A stretch of DNA of 64,000 nt from assembly GCA_016839805.1 (NCBI GenBank), contig JAEOTO010000008.1:1-64000 (forward strand). The letters are read 5' to 3'. Made by a program: the position numbers and the translations under genes. This stretch comes from Candidatus Hermodarchaeota archaeon (GTDB lineage: Archaea; Asgardarchaeota; Hermodarchaeia; Hermodarchaeales; Hermodarchaeaceae). The number at the start of each line of letters is the position of its first letter. Positions within the stretch are counted from its first letter, which is position 1. The notes under the pieces are model-generated. The model ran no database searches, was not told where the DNA came from, and saw nothing but the letters and a program-made list of their open reading frames with translations. Of this stretch, positions 49,750-59,455 are shown in pieces.

Positions 49750-50691
49750 TTGACTGAATCAATTGAAATTTCTGAGTTAACGAAAAAATTCGAAAAGATC
49801 ACAGCGGTTGATGGCGTTTCTTTAGATGTTCGACGGGGAGAAGTCTTTGGATTTTTAGGACCTAACGCAGCGGGTAAGTCTACGACTGTTAAAATTGCAG
49901 CAACTCTTTTAGAGCCGACCAAGGGTACTATTCAAGTTGAAGGGCATGATGTTCAGAATGAACCTGTCAGCGTACGAGCGATTACTGGGCTCCTTCCTGA
50001 AGACGGAGCCAATACTCATTATGACCGACTCTCCGCCTATAAGAACTTAGAGTACTTTGGACATCTTTATGATGTTCCAGCAGAGAAACTCCATGACCGA
50101 ATTGAACGACTTTTAGAATTTCTTGAGTTAAAAGACCGTCGTGATGAGTCTCCTGCTACTTTTTCAACAGGATTGAAACAGAAGCTATCTATTGCACGCT
50201 CTATGATCCATGATCCAAGTGTCGTTTTCTTAGATGAACCGACGTCTAGTCTTGACCCGATAATGTCCAAAAGGGTGAGGGAGTTTATTGATACTCAGGC
50301 AGAGGGAGGAAAACAAACCTTCTTTTTGTGTACGCACTTACTTTCAGAAGTCGAAGCTTTATGTGATCGAGTTGGGTTTATTTCCCGTGGTGTACTCGTT
50401 GAAGTCGGTCGTCCGAAGGACCTACGACGGAAGTTCTGGACGCTGCGAACTTTTGAAGTGAAACTCACCGATCCCAATCTTCAAAAGAGCGTAGATATTA
50501 TTTCTTCAACAGGACTTGTTCAGTCTGTAAGCATCGAAGGTAAACGGGTTATTTTTGAAGTAGAGGATGCAGAAACGAAGAATCCCCAAATTATTCGAGC
50601 CCTTATGGAAGCTGGACATCAAGTCGTTGAGGTACGTGAGCATGTTCCGGATCTTGAAGCGGTCTATCTCAAAGTAATTGGAGGAAACTAA
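49750..50691 (+). CDS. ABC-2 type exporter ATP-binding protein
   Basis: GPNAAGKS, FSTGLKQK, FLDEPT, CTH, DUF4162-like tail. Confidence 0.93.
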   Translation: MTESIEISELTKKFEKITAVDGVSLDVRRGEVFGFLGPNAAGKSTTVKIAATLLEPTKGTIQVEGHDVQNEPVSVRAITGLLPEDGANTHYDRLSAYKNLEYFGHLYDVPAEKLHDRIERLLEFLELKDRRDESPATFSTGLKQKLSIARSMIHDPSVVFLDEPTSSLDPIMSKRVREFIDTQAEGGKQTFFLCTHLLSEVEALCDRVGFISRGVLVEVGRPKDLRRKFWTLRTFEVKLTDPNLQKSVDIISSTGLVQSVSIEGKRVIFEVEDAETKNPQIIRALMEAGHQVVEVREHVPDLEAVYLKVIGGN

Positions 50692-50692
50692 G

Positions 50693-51433
50693 ATGTGGAA
50701 AAAGGCTTGGTTAATGGCACGTACAGAAATTCGCATGGTTTTCAAAAGCCGACAAGTTAAAACTATACCCATAATGGTAGTAATAATGTCCGTGATTTTT
50801 GGTGGATTGTGGACCTATTGGACACTTCTGATGGGATTGACAAATCCAGCAGATTTCAATTTCATGACGTCAACCATCATGAGCATAGTGATTATCATGC
50901 TTCCCATAATGCTCCCAGTGTTGATTGCTGCAGATTCTATTGTTGGAGAGAAAGAACGCCATACCCTCGTTCCCCTATTAGCTACACCGTTAACCGATGG
51001 AGAGCTGTTATTAGGAAAATATCTCACAGCGCTTATACCTGGATTGTTGGTGGCCTATGGAAACCTTCTATTAGCCGTTGCTGTGGTCAATGGCATCGTC
51101 TTGCTATTTGCCCCACATCTTCTCTGGGTTTGGCCAGATACGCTATCACTGCTTCAGGCCCTCATTCTGCCCCTTCTATTCGCGTTTCTAGCCGTGGGCA
51201 TGATGGTCATCATCTCAGGAAGAGCCAATACGGTCTATGAAGCCTATCAAACTGGCGGGTTTATCATCTTACCTGCAATGGTTTTCGCGTATTCAGGATT
51301 CCTCGCCGGACTTGGACTGAATTGGATGATTTTCTATCTCGGAATAATCATCCTTGTCATTGCAGACTTCGTGTTATATCGAGTGGCAGTGAAACTCTTC
51401 AACCGAGATAACCTCATTGTGCGTTCTGGATAA
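50693..51433 (+). CDS. ABC-2 type permease
   Basis: AADSIVGEKERHTL.PLLATP...LLLGKYL; ~6 TM; ATG two nt after ATPase stop. Confidence 0.92.
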   Translation: MWKKAWLMARTEIRMVFKSRQVKTIPIMVVIMSVIFGGLWTYWTLLMGLTNPADFNFMTSTIMSIVIIMLPIMLPVLIAADSIVGEKERHTLVPLLATPLTDGELLLGKYLTALIPGLLVAYGNLLLAVAVVNGIVLLFAPHLLWVWPDTLSLLQALILPLLFAFLAVGMMVIISGRANTVYEAYQTGGFIILPAMVFAYSGFLAGLGLNWMIFYLGIIILVIADFVLYRVAVKLFNRDNLIVRSG

Positions 51434-51502
51434 TGAATCATGACAGGAAGGCTATGATTAAAAGAAGAAGTAGCTTAATGAAAGAACTGTGAGTGCATTA
51501 TT

Positions 51503-51805
51503 ATGACAGGAGCTTTTCGTATCATTGCACGAGTCCATGAATTACGGTCCCAACCAGGGAAAAGCCCTTGCCGGCTTTACAAGGTTGGAGACGAATTTGA
51601 TTTATCAAAACCTGAGGAAAAAGAGAAAATTTGTCGCTGGGCGTATAACGCCATGTTTCCGTTTCTCACCGTGTTAGAATTTGGTGGAGCGCTTCCCTGG
51701 GAACCGGACCCTGAGAAAGCATATGTGGCTTGTCCTGACCCACATAATATTGTGGTTTTTGAACTACGCAAAGCTGGCGAACTGGTAAAAAGACCTTCAC
51801 CTTAG
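51503..51805 (+). CDS. TIGR04076 family small Cys protein
   Basis: C...KVGDEF, ICRWAYNAMFP, ACPDP.N.VVFEL. Confidence 0.8.
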   Translation: MTGAFRIIARVHELRSQPGKSPCRLYKVGDEFDLSKPEEKEKICRWAYNAMFPFLTVLEFGGALPWEPDPEKAYVACPDPHNIVVFELRKAGELVKRPSP

Positions 51806-52058
51806 CTCGAAATTTCGAGAGAAGGATCTTCTGGATGGAGGAAGCAAGAGGGATCCGCGGCGAGATAGTCTCCCGTGACAGCGAATGCTCGTCCACGACA
51901 GCCACCACACAATGTCTTGTACTGACAGTCGCCACATTGACCTTTAAGGCGAGATTCCCGTTCACGTAAGTCTTTGAAGATCTGGGTGTATTCCAAATTT
52001 CTGAAAATGATTTATCCCAGATATTACCGCAGGAGATTTCAACAAAGGGACAAGGCGA
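51802..52058 (-). pseudogene. Radical SAM SPASM-domain remnant (frameshifted, no rSAM core)
   Basis: PCPFVEISCGNIWDKSFSEIW in one frame continues in another as IFKDLR...LKGQCGDCQYKTLCGGCRGRAFAVTGDYLAADPSC. Confidence 0.8.
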
Positions 52059-52083
52059 TGTTGAGAACCTAGTGGTCGAAGGT

Positions 52084-53115
52084 TCACAGTGCTGTGCCAC
52101 AATTGGGGCAGGTAACACGATTTGAGGCAACAAGTTTACCGCAAATCCGGCAGGTGACAAGTCGCACTTCAACTGCTACTGCATCTTCAACCATCGAAGG
52201 TGTGAGTACAATTCGTCCCTCATCAACTTGCACTTGGAATCGGCGGGGATGCCCCAATTCCCGTAAGATATTCTCAGGAAGTGGTAACCGATCTTGATTA
52301 TCAACTTCCAGCACGCGAGTCCGTTCCAGTTGTTTTAGATGAACACCAGCATCGTGTGTCCCGCTAATGATTCCATCGCGAAGTTCCAAGGTTCGTCGTG
52401 CTTTGGAGGCTATTAATTGGCTGTGGGTAACGATGAGGAAGGCTGTCCCGTATTGTTCATTGAGTTCTTTGAAGAGGTCAAGGATTTCTTCAGCGTTGAT
52501 CAAGTCGAGATCACCGGTAGGTTCATCAGCAAGAATGACAGCGGGGTTATTCATAAGGGCAGAGGCGATGGCTACTCGTTGACGTTCTCCACCAGATAAT
52601 TTTGCAGGGATATGTTTCATTCGTTGCTTAAGTCCCACTGCATCAAGAAGTTCTGTTGACCGTTTTTCTCGCCAAGTTTTGGGAAGCCCAGCAATTCGGG
52701 CACTAAGTTCAACATTTTGCTGAGCTGTTAAGTGATGAAGCAAATTGTCAACTTGAAATACAAATCCGATGAACCCTCGTCGAGCGTTGGTAATTGTTCG
52801 GTCATCGAGCTTGGCAATGTCTTGTTTGATATTCGACCAATAGACTTGACCAGCACTGGGACGGAGGGTTCCACCAAGAAGATTTACCAGAGTAGTTTTT
52901 CCGCTTCCTGATGGTCCAACAACGGCTACAATTTCACCTTGGAAAATTTGAAAGGAAACGCCACGCAAAGCGACCGTTTCAATCTCTCCCGTTTGATAGA
53001 TTTTATAGACATCATTAGCCATCAAAACTAGATTTTCAGGAACTTCTGCAAATTCTTCTTCTTTGACGAGGCCGCTGATGAGGTTATTGGGGACTGTCAC
53101 GATTTTATTCACCAT
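52084..53115 (-). CDS. LolD/MacB-type ABC ATPase with C-terminal AbrB-like segment and zinc ribbon
   Basis: GPSGSGKT, LSGGERQRVA, LADEPTGDLD, VTH; tail VDNQDRLPLP...GRIVLTP...CRICG...CPNCG. Confidence 0.92.
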   Translation of the reverse strand: MVNKIVTVPNNLISGLVKEEEFAEVPENLVLMANDVYKIYQTGEIETVALRGVSFQIFQGEIVAVVGPSGSGKTTLVNLLGGTLRPSAGQVYWSNIKQDIAKLDDRTITNARRGFIGFVFQVDNLLHHLTAQQNVELSARIAGLPKTWREKRSTELLDAVGLKQRMKHIPAKLSGGERQRVAIASALMNNPAVILADEPTGDLDLINAEEILDLFKELNEQYGTAFLIVTHSQLIASKARRTLELRDGIISGTHDAGVHLKQLERTRVLEVDNQDRLPLPENILRELGHPRRFQVQVDEGRIVLTPSMVEDAVAVEVRLVTCRICGKLVASNRVTCPNCGTAL

Positions 53116-53120
53116 TTTAA

Positions 53121-56030
53121 TTAGAGATTGCGGAGAACTTGTCCAACATTAGTTCGCCCTGCCCGTCGTGCAGGGATATAGGTTCCGATACTCATTCCTA
53201 TAAGTACTACTCCAAGCACAAGAAGTAACAACAGTAAGGGAATGCCCAGTTGGAAGGGAATTATGTATGGGAAAGGAAAGAGGTTAAGCAGGATTGCCAT
53301 TAAGATCCATGAGAAGAAGAAGCCGAGTATTAACGCAACGAAGAAGGATGTCAGGATTAAACCAATAAATTCGCCCACAACAATTGCAGTTATTTGTCGT
53401 TGGGTGCTACCCACTGCACGCATAATAGCATATTCAGTTTGTCGTTCAGTGACGATTATTCCTACAAAAAGGATGAGAGCAATGATACTAATAATTACAC
53501 ATGCTAAGAAGCCAATTGAAAGAATACTAATTATACCTCGGTTGAAAAGATGTCCTTCAGGATAGGCGTCTTCTAAAGAAAAGGTCATAGGAGAGTATAC
53601 CGCGGATGGAAAATCAAGATTGCTTATCTGGAGTTGAACATCTTCAACATTTGCACTTTCAGTAATTCTTGCTAGCATAAGCTTGGTATTATTCATATTC
53701 CGGTTTACCATGAAGTTGTAATTTATTAACGCATAAGCTTGCGATGCTTGAAAACCAAACCCATTTGTTGAATCTGGTGGTCGATTGGGATCATCAGGAT
53801 CAAAGTAGCCTAATCCAGGAGCACTGTGACCTAAGCCTACAATGCGGAATAAAGCCTGCCCTGACACGCCACCTCCTTGCTCGTGAACGGTAATATCAAG
53901 GCTGTTTCCAACTCCTCGCCCCAATCGTTCAGCAGTTGTATGAGGAAATATGATTCCGTTTGATGTGTTATGAAGGTGTTGTAGAACTGTGTACGGATCT
54001 TCCCCTATCGTACTCGTAAGATCCCAATTTCCATTATTGGCATAGGATTCTGCATCTATTCCATAGATTGTAAAGGAGACAGGTCCAATGGTAGCTGTTG
54101 TGGAAAGTATTGGTGTAACAGAAGCAACTCCAGGAATGGATAACACCTCACTTATTCGATTGTGAGGAATCGGTCCACTTTCAATCCGTATATCTGCACC
54201 AACATAGTAACCAACTTGCGTTACGACGTTATCTTGAACAGTTTGAGCTTCAACCACTGCAAAGACAGTAACTGAAAATGTTAAGGTTAAAATAAGGAGA
54301 AGGGGAACGATGCGTTGGCGACGAGAACGCATACTTTTTTCAAAGAGAAAGGTTTTTTCTCCAAAGAGAGGGCGAAAACCACGTGTTATTCCCGCCACGA
54401 TTTGCCGTACAATCCGAGAGCCGATATCACTGAGTAGTGCCCAAACTGCAATGGCGTAGGCAAATTGCATAATGCCAATCAAAGGGGTTCCTGGGATAAG
54501 TATAACCGTGACAATTAGAAACCCGAGTAAGGCTACACCACCTATGAAGTAAATGATTGTGACGCCTAGATCAGCTTCAGCAGGTGGGGCTGTACCAACC
54601 ATGGCTTGATAAATTTCAGTTCGTAAAAAGGATTGTACGTAGATCATTGTAAAAACTAAGGGGGGGAGAAGACAAGTTAGAAATGCAATAATCCAAGTGA
54701 GGGGTTCGAGTCTGACGTTGATAAAGAATTGAATAAAAATTTCTGGGTCAAATTGTAAGAAGCCCACGGATGCGGGGATCAAGGATCCAATGAAAAGACT
54801 AACGAAGACACCCAAACAAAGTGCGATTATTCCGATAATTACAAATTCCATGATGAAAGCCGCATATAGTTGGCGAAAACTCGCTCCGCGGGAGCGAAGA
54901 ATTGCTACCTCTGGTCGACGCCCACTTAGAAAAATGTTGGTAGCAAAAATTGTCAGGAAAATTGAAAGAAGGATGACAGGAAGCACGATAAGAGCCATGG
55001 TTTGACGAGATTGATAGGCTCCAATATACTGCTCAAGAAGAAAAACCTGATCTTCTCCTTCCACTGCTAATCTCCGTGGATACTGATATTCCAGCTCGAG
55101 TTGTATCTCGCGAATGACAGATGGCACACTTTCTAATCCTGCTACAGAAAGTTCAGTGGGATTTAATTGAACGAGAAGTTTTGGAAAAAGGGAATTTTCT
55201 GTAAGATTATCTCGTTGAGTCGAGTTCAATTGATTATACTGCATGATAATTCCATCATTCCAGCCAAAAATTCGTTCTAAACCAGATACTGGATAGTTCG
55301 ATCGAGCAGTGCCTCTAAAGGATCTATAAAGGACTACGTCACTACTTGTGATATTGTAAGTGCCTACTACAAGGAGATTGGTTATGTTTAGGGGTTGCAA
55401 ATCACCGATCGTTATGGGATCATCATACATGGTGGCAATTGTGACGTTGATGACACTACCAATGCCAATAGTTTGGTTCAGAAGGGTTTCAGCATCCTCA
55501 ACAACTCTTGTGCTCACTAAACATTCACCAGGTGATAGTTCAAAAACGCCAGTAAATTGAAACTGGTGTGCAACTCGGTGAAGAAAAGTATTGTTTACAA
55601 AGAAGGTCTGGAAATCCTTTATGCCCTTGATATAAGGATGTGGCAGATAGGGAGTACTTGAGTTCCAATTGGTGGCATTTAGTAATCCAACTGAATGGTA
55701 AATGACATCAGAACCTTGATACGCTGATTGTTCTGTGAACCAATTTTGCACATTAAAAATTAGCTGACTGTCAACTGAGGGTTCGTCTAATTGTTGAATG
55801 CCGAGTTGGTAGAGATTTGCTTCAAAATAATCGATGGTTGCCACTTGTGCACCGGTATCTGTCCATACAAAAATTGATGCGACTAAAGAGACGCCAATTA
55901 TTATTCCGATGAGGAGACTGAAGAATCGTGTTCTATGTTTTCGCATGCTATTTCCGACATAGCTAGCAATATACCACCGACTTCCTGAGGTATATGGCGA
56001 TATTTTAGGTGGAGTAGACTCTGAGCTCAC
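53121..56030 (-). CDS. Large FtsX/MacB-type ABC permease (paralog of 46543-49527)
   Basis: RRPEVAILRSRGAS, RQTEYAIMRAVG, PARRAG...LRNL. Confidence 0.9.
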   Translation of the reverse strand: MSSESTPPKISPYTSGSRWYIASYVGNSMRKHRTRFFSLLIGIIIGVSLVASIFVWTDTGAQVATIDYFEANLYQLGIQQLDEPSVDSQLIFNVQNWFTEQSAYQGSDVIYHSVGLLNATNWNSSTPYLPHPYIKGIKDFQTFFVNNTFLHRVAHQFQFTGVFELSPGECLVSTRVVEDAETLLNQTIGIGSVINVTIATMYDDPITIGDLQPLNITNLLVVGTYNITSSDVVLYRSFRGTARSNYPVSGLERIFGWNDGIIMQYNQLNSTQRDNLTENSLFPKLLVQLNPTELSVAGLESVPSVIREIQLELEYQYPRRLAVEGEDQVFLLEQYIGAYQSRQTMALIVLPVILLSIFLTIFATNIFLSGRRPEVAILRSRGASFRQLYAAFIMEFVIIGIIALCLGVFVSLFIGSLIPASVGFLQFDPEIFIQFFINVRLEPLTWIIAFLTCLLPPLVFTMIYVQSFLRTEIYQAMVGTAPPAEADLGVTIIYFIGGVALLGFLIVTVILIPGTPLIGIMQFAYAIAVWALLSDIGSRIVRQIVAGITRGFRPLFGEKTFLFEKSMRSRRQRIVPLLLILTLTFSVTVFAVVEAQTVQDNVVTQVGYYVGADIRIESGPIPHNRISEVLSIPGVASVTPILSTTATIGPVSFTIYGIDAESYANNGNWDLTSTIGEDPYTVLQHLHNTSNGIIFPHTTAERLGRGVGNSLDITVHEQGGGVSGQALFRIVGLGHSAPGLGYFDPDDPNRPPDSTNGFGFQASQAYALINYNFMVNRNMNNTKLMLARITESANVEDVQLQISNLDFPSAVYSPMTFSLEDAYPEGHLFNRGIISILSIGFLACVIISIIALILFVGIIVTERQTEYAIMRAVGSTQRQITAIVVGEFIGLILTSFFVALILGFFFSWILMAILLNLFPFPYIIPFQLGIPLLLLLLVLGVVLIGMSIGTYIPARRAGRTNVGQVLRNL

Positions 56031-56758
56031 GATGGCTCCTCCTCGGAATCGCTGTCCCGTCCGTACATGGAGGTATCAGTGTGGAGTTTTCCGTAGCGGA
56101 GTACAAGTATACGATCGGCTGAACTGGCCACCTCAGGGTCATGCGTGGCAACTACTACGGCTTTATTGTAATTATGTGCTAATTCTTGGAATAACCGGAT
56201 GATTTCGATTCCAGTGGTTGTATCTAGATTACCTGTAGGTTCATCCGCAAGAAGAAGGATTGGTTCATTTGCTATGGCTCGAGCGAGGGCAATGCGTTGC
56301 ATTTGTCCCCCAGACATTTCCATCGGGTATTGCTCTGCAAAGTCTCGCATTCCTACTAAATCCAGTAGATCTAAGGCACGTTGAACACGTTCTTCCCTTG
56401 ATTTATCAGCAAATATCATAGGAACTTCTACATTTTCACGGGCATTCATGATGTCCAATAGGTAGAAGCCCTGAAAGACGATGCCAACTTTATCACGACG
56501 AAGCCGAGAAAGCTCTTTATCGTTTAAACCATTCAGAGATTGCCCGTCGATGCTAATTTCTCCATCTGTTGGTGAGTCTAAAAGAGCCATAAGGTTGATC
56601 AGAGTGGTTTTACCACTTCCACTAGCGCCCACAATAGCGACGAATTCTCCTGCTTTAACGGTGAAATCAAGACCCTTTAACACTTCAACTTTGAGGTCTC
56701 CATCTTCATATGTTTTGAAGACACTGTTACATTTAACGACAATGTTATTGGATGCCAA
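56027..56758 (-). CDS. LolD/MacB-type ABC ATP-binding protein
   Basis: GASGSGKT, MSGGQMQR, LADEPTGNLD, ATHD; 4-nt overlap with permease. Confidence 0.95.
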   Translation of the reverse strand: MASNNIVVKCNSVFKTYEDGDLKVEVLKGLDFTVKAGEFVAIVGASGSGKTTLINLMALLDSPTDGEISIDGQSLNGLNDKELSRLRRDKVGIVFQGFYLLDIMNARENVEVPMIFADKSREERVQRALDLLDLVGMRDFAEQYPMEMSGGQMQRIALARAIANEPILLLADEPTGNLDTTTGIEIIRLFQELAHNYNKAVVVATHDPEVASSADRILVLRYGKLHTDTSMYGRDSDSEEEPS

Positions 56759-56953
56759 CCTCTACACCTACGATTACCAGCAGGAGTTACCTCGAGTGGG
56801 AAACGGGTCCAGCATATCCGATTTCAGTTTTAAGTGGCTGGCATGTACAAATTTTCCCATTAGAAGTTTCCGGTATATGCAGAAAGAACTAATTGAATGC
56901 TAATTTGCGATTGTTGAACCATAGTATTCATAATATTATGAAAATAAGACATT

Positions 56954-57895
56954 CTATAGTTTTGAAATCACTGATTTTCCTATGGTTTTGATATGCTCGA
57001 TTTCTTCTTTATGAGGAAACATAAGTACGACGTGTGAAACGCCTATCTGCTTGAATTCACGAAGCCTAGATAGCATATGATTTGTTGATCCCCAGAGTGC
57101 TTGAGAAATCCGTTTTCGATAATCACTCGCTGACACCTTCCTTGCTTTGGCATTTTCGATGATTGCTGTTTCCATATCTTCCTCTGTTTCGAAAGCCCTC
57201 GTCCACAATCCTACTGACTTCATGATGTCAGCGGCATTACGTTTATACTGCTTGCAATATTGCGCCAAATGTTGGAATCGTTTGTCTAAATCTTTAGGGG
57301 TAGTCATCCAAGCGACGTTTATTCCATCGCCATATTTCGCTGTGGTCCGAAGTATCATTTCTTTGCCTTCTTGGGCACCTATCCAAATAGGCATGGGTTT
57401 CTGTACGGGTTTGGGATAAGAAATTACATCTTCAACGTGGTAATGGTCTCCTTTGAAGGTAAATCGTTCATTTGTCCAGATACCGCGAATAATTTGTACA
57501 GCATCTTCTAGCTGTTTAATCCGTGTTTTTCCTGAAGGGAACGGGTATCCATAAGCTTTGTATTCGATTTCTTTCCAGCCTGCACCGATTCCAAACTCGA
57601 ATCGCCCATTTGACAGTACATCTAATGAGGCTGCCATTTTCGCGGTTAGCGCTGGATTTCGATAACTCTGGCAAAAAACCATGCTACCTACTCGTACCTT
57701 TGTATTGTGCTGAGTAAGTGCAGCCATAACTAACCAGGGATCAAGTAGAACCCGATCAATAGAATCCTTGTCGAGCATGAAATGATCAGAAAACCACACC
57801 GTTGAAAATCCATTTTGTAACGCAGCCTCAGTTATTTCAAGAATATCTTCAAACGTGTAACTGAATTGAGGTTCGATTTGTACACCAAATTCCAT
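56954..57895 (-). CDS. LLM-class (probably F420-dependent) oxidoreductase
   Basis: WFSDHF, YRNPALTAKMA, SNGRFEFGIGAGW, PKPVQKP.PIWIG. Confidence 0.92.
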   Translation of the reverse strand: MEFGVQIEPQFSYTFEDILEITEAALQNGFSTVWFSDHFMLDKDSIDRVLLDPWLVMAALTQHNTKVRVGSMVFCQSYRNPALTAKMAASLDVLSNGRFEFGIGAGWKEIEYKAYGYPFPSGKTRIKQLEDAVQIIRGIWTNERFTFKGDHYHVEDVISYPKPVQKPMPIWIGAQEGKEMILRTTAKYGDGINVAWMTTPKDLDKRFQHLAQYCKQYKRNAADIMKSVGLWTRAFETEEDMETAIIENAKARKVSASDYRKRISQALWGSTNHMLSRLREFKQIGVSHVVLMFPHKEEIEHIKTIGKSVISKL

Positions 57896-58012
57896 CAGTA
57901 TAACACCTTTCCTTTAAAATATCAAGAACACAAACACGGTTGGTGAGGACACCTTAAATAGTATTATTTTACAAGCGCTAAGTCGATTCAATAACTAAAG
58001 GGGCGAGCCATT

Positions 58013-59437
58013 ATGCTGGAAACGCTACAAGCGGCCGTTTCGTATGGTGAGAAACTGGGCGCTGATTTTGTTGAGGCACGATTTGATGATTTGACATTAC
58101 GAACATTAAGACGAATCAATGATACTTGGAAAGATATCATCCTAAAATCTCGAACTGGAGTCGGGATAACATGTTACTATGATGCAACACCGGGCTATTC
58201 CTTTACTGCAAGTGAGGACAAAGAGGATGTAAACGAGACTGTAAAACGAGCGTATAAAATGGCAAAGGCGGCTTCTACTGCTGCGTCCTTGAAATTAGAT
58301 TTTAATGAACGACCTGCAGTAAAAAGCCAACCGTCAGATACTTTCAATGTCAAAGTCCATCCCAGAACTAAAGATTTAGATTTTAAAATGGATTTGATTA
58401 ATCGGATGGTGGAATCTGCGCGTGAAGCGGGTAAAGATATTCAAAATGTCACAGGTCGCTATGGAGAACTTTTTGGTCAAAAAATCTTCACAAATAGTGA
58501 GGGATCTGATATCAACTGGGATTTCCTTGTAGTTGATTTACCCTGTCGTGTCACCTCAAAAACCAGTACTGGCGCATTGGTATTTGGTTCTGAACGAAAG
58601 GCTGGAACTCTAGGCTTAGAAATTTACAAACAGAAGGGGTTTACTCCAGAAGAAATCGGAAAAGCTGCTGGAGAATTTGCCGCTGAGCAAATCACTGCTA
58701 AGGCGTGTCCTGCAGGGAAATTTACAGCATTAACGGATAACGATTTGACAGGCGTATTAGCTCATGAATCCTTTGGGCACCTCAGTGAAGCGGATTTCGT
58801 GGTGATGGGGATGTCACCACTTGTAGATAAGATTGGTACGCGACTGGGAACCAAGCATGCCACTATCGTAGATGGAGGAGTTCCTAATATCACGAAGAAC
58901 GGTGGATTATGGATTCCTTATGATGACCAGGGAACAAAGGCGAATATGACTACAATTCTCGATAAAGGAATTCTTCGGCATTATCTCCAGAACCGTGGAA
59001 CCGCCAAGAATTTGAATCAAGAACCGACTGGTAATTGTCGAGCAGTCCACTTTGGGTTTATACCTATTCCACGCATGACTAATACCTATTTTATGCCAGG
59101 CGATTTAACCAAAGAAGAAGCTCTTGAACAACTCGGAACTGGAATCTATGCCATCCAGACCTCAGGTGGACAAGTAGAAGGAGATGGCAGTTTTCTTTTC
59201 AAGGCAGATAGGGGATATTGGGTCGAACATGGAAAAATTCAACACCCAATTCGCGAGGTGTCATTATCTGGCAATATCCTTCAACTTCTGACACAAGTCG
59301 AAGGTGCAACCCGGGATCTGTCCCTTATGGGAACATATTTTGGTGGTTGTGGCAAGGGGGGACAACACCCACTCCCATGTGGATTAGGAGGACCAAAACT
59401 CTTGATCAAGGATGTAACATTTGGAGGACAAGCTTAG
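58013..59437 (+). CDS. tldD: TldD metalloprotease
   Basis: LAHESFGHLSEAD, YDDQG, PRMTNT, CGKGGQ. Confidence 0.93.
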   Translation: MLETLQAAVSYGEKLGADFVEARFDDLTLRTLRRINDTWKDIILKSRTGVGITCYYDATPGYSFTASEDKEDVNETVKRAYKMAKAASTAASLKLDFNERPAVKSQPSDTFNVKVHPRTKDLDFKMDLINRMVESAREAGKDIQNVTGRYGELFGQKIFTNSEGSDINWDFLVVDLPCRVTSKTSTGALVFGSERKAGTLGLEIYKQKGFTPEEIGKAAGEFAAEQITAKACPAGKFTALTDNDLTGVLAHESFGHLSEADFVVMGMSPLVDKIGTRLGTKHATIVDGGVPNITKNGGLWIPYDDQGTKANMTTILDKGILRHYLQNRGTAKNLNQEPTGNCRAVHFGFIPIPRMTNTYFMPGDLTKEEALEQLGTGIYAIQTSGGQVEGDGSFLFKADRGYWVEHGKIQHPIREVSLSGNILQLLTQVEGATRDLSLMGTYFGGCGKGGQHPLPCGLGGPKLLIKDVTFGGQA

Positions 59438-59455
59438 AGGAAGGAGGCAGCAACC

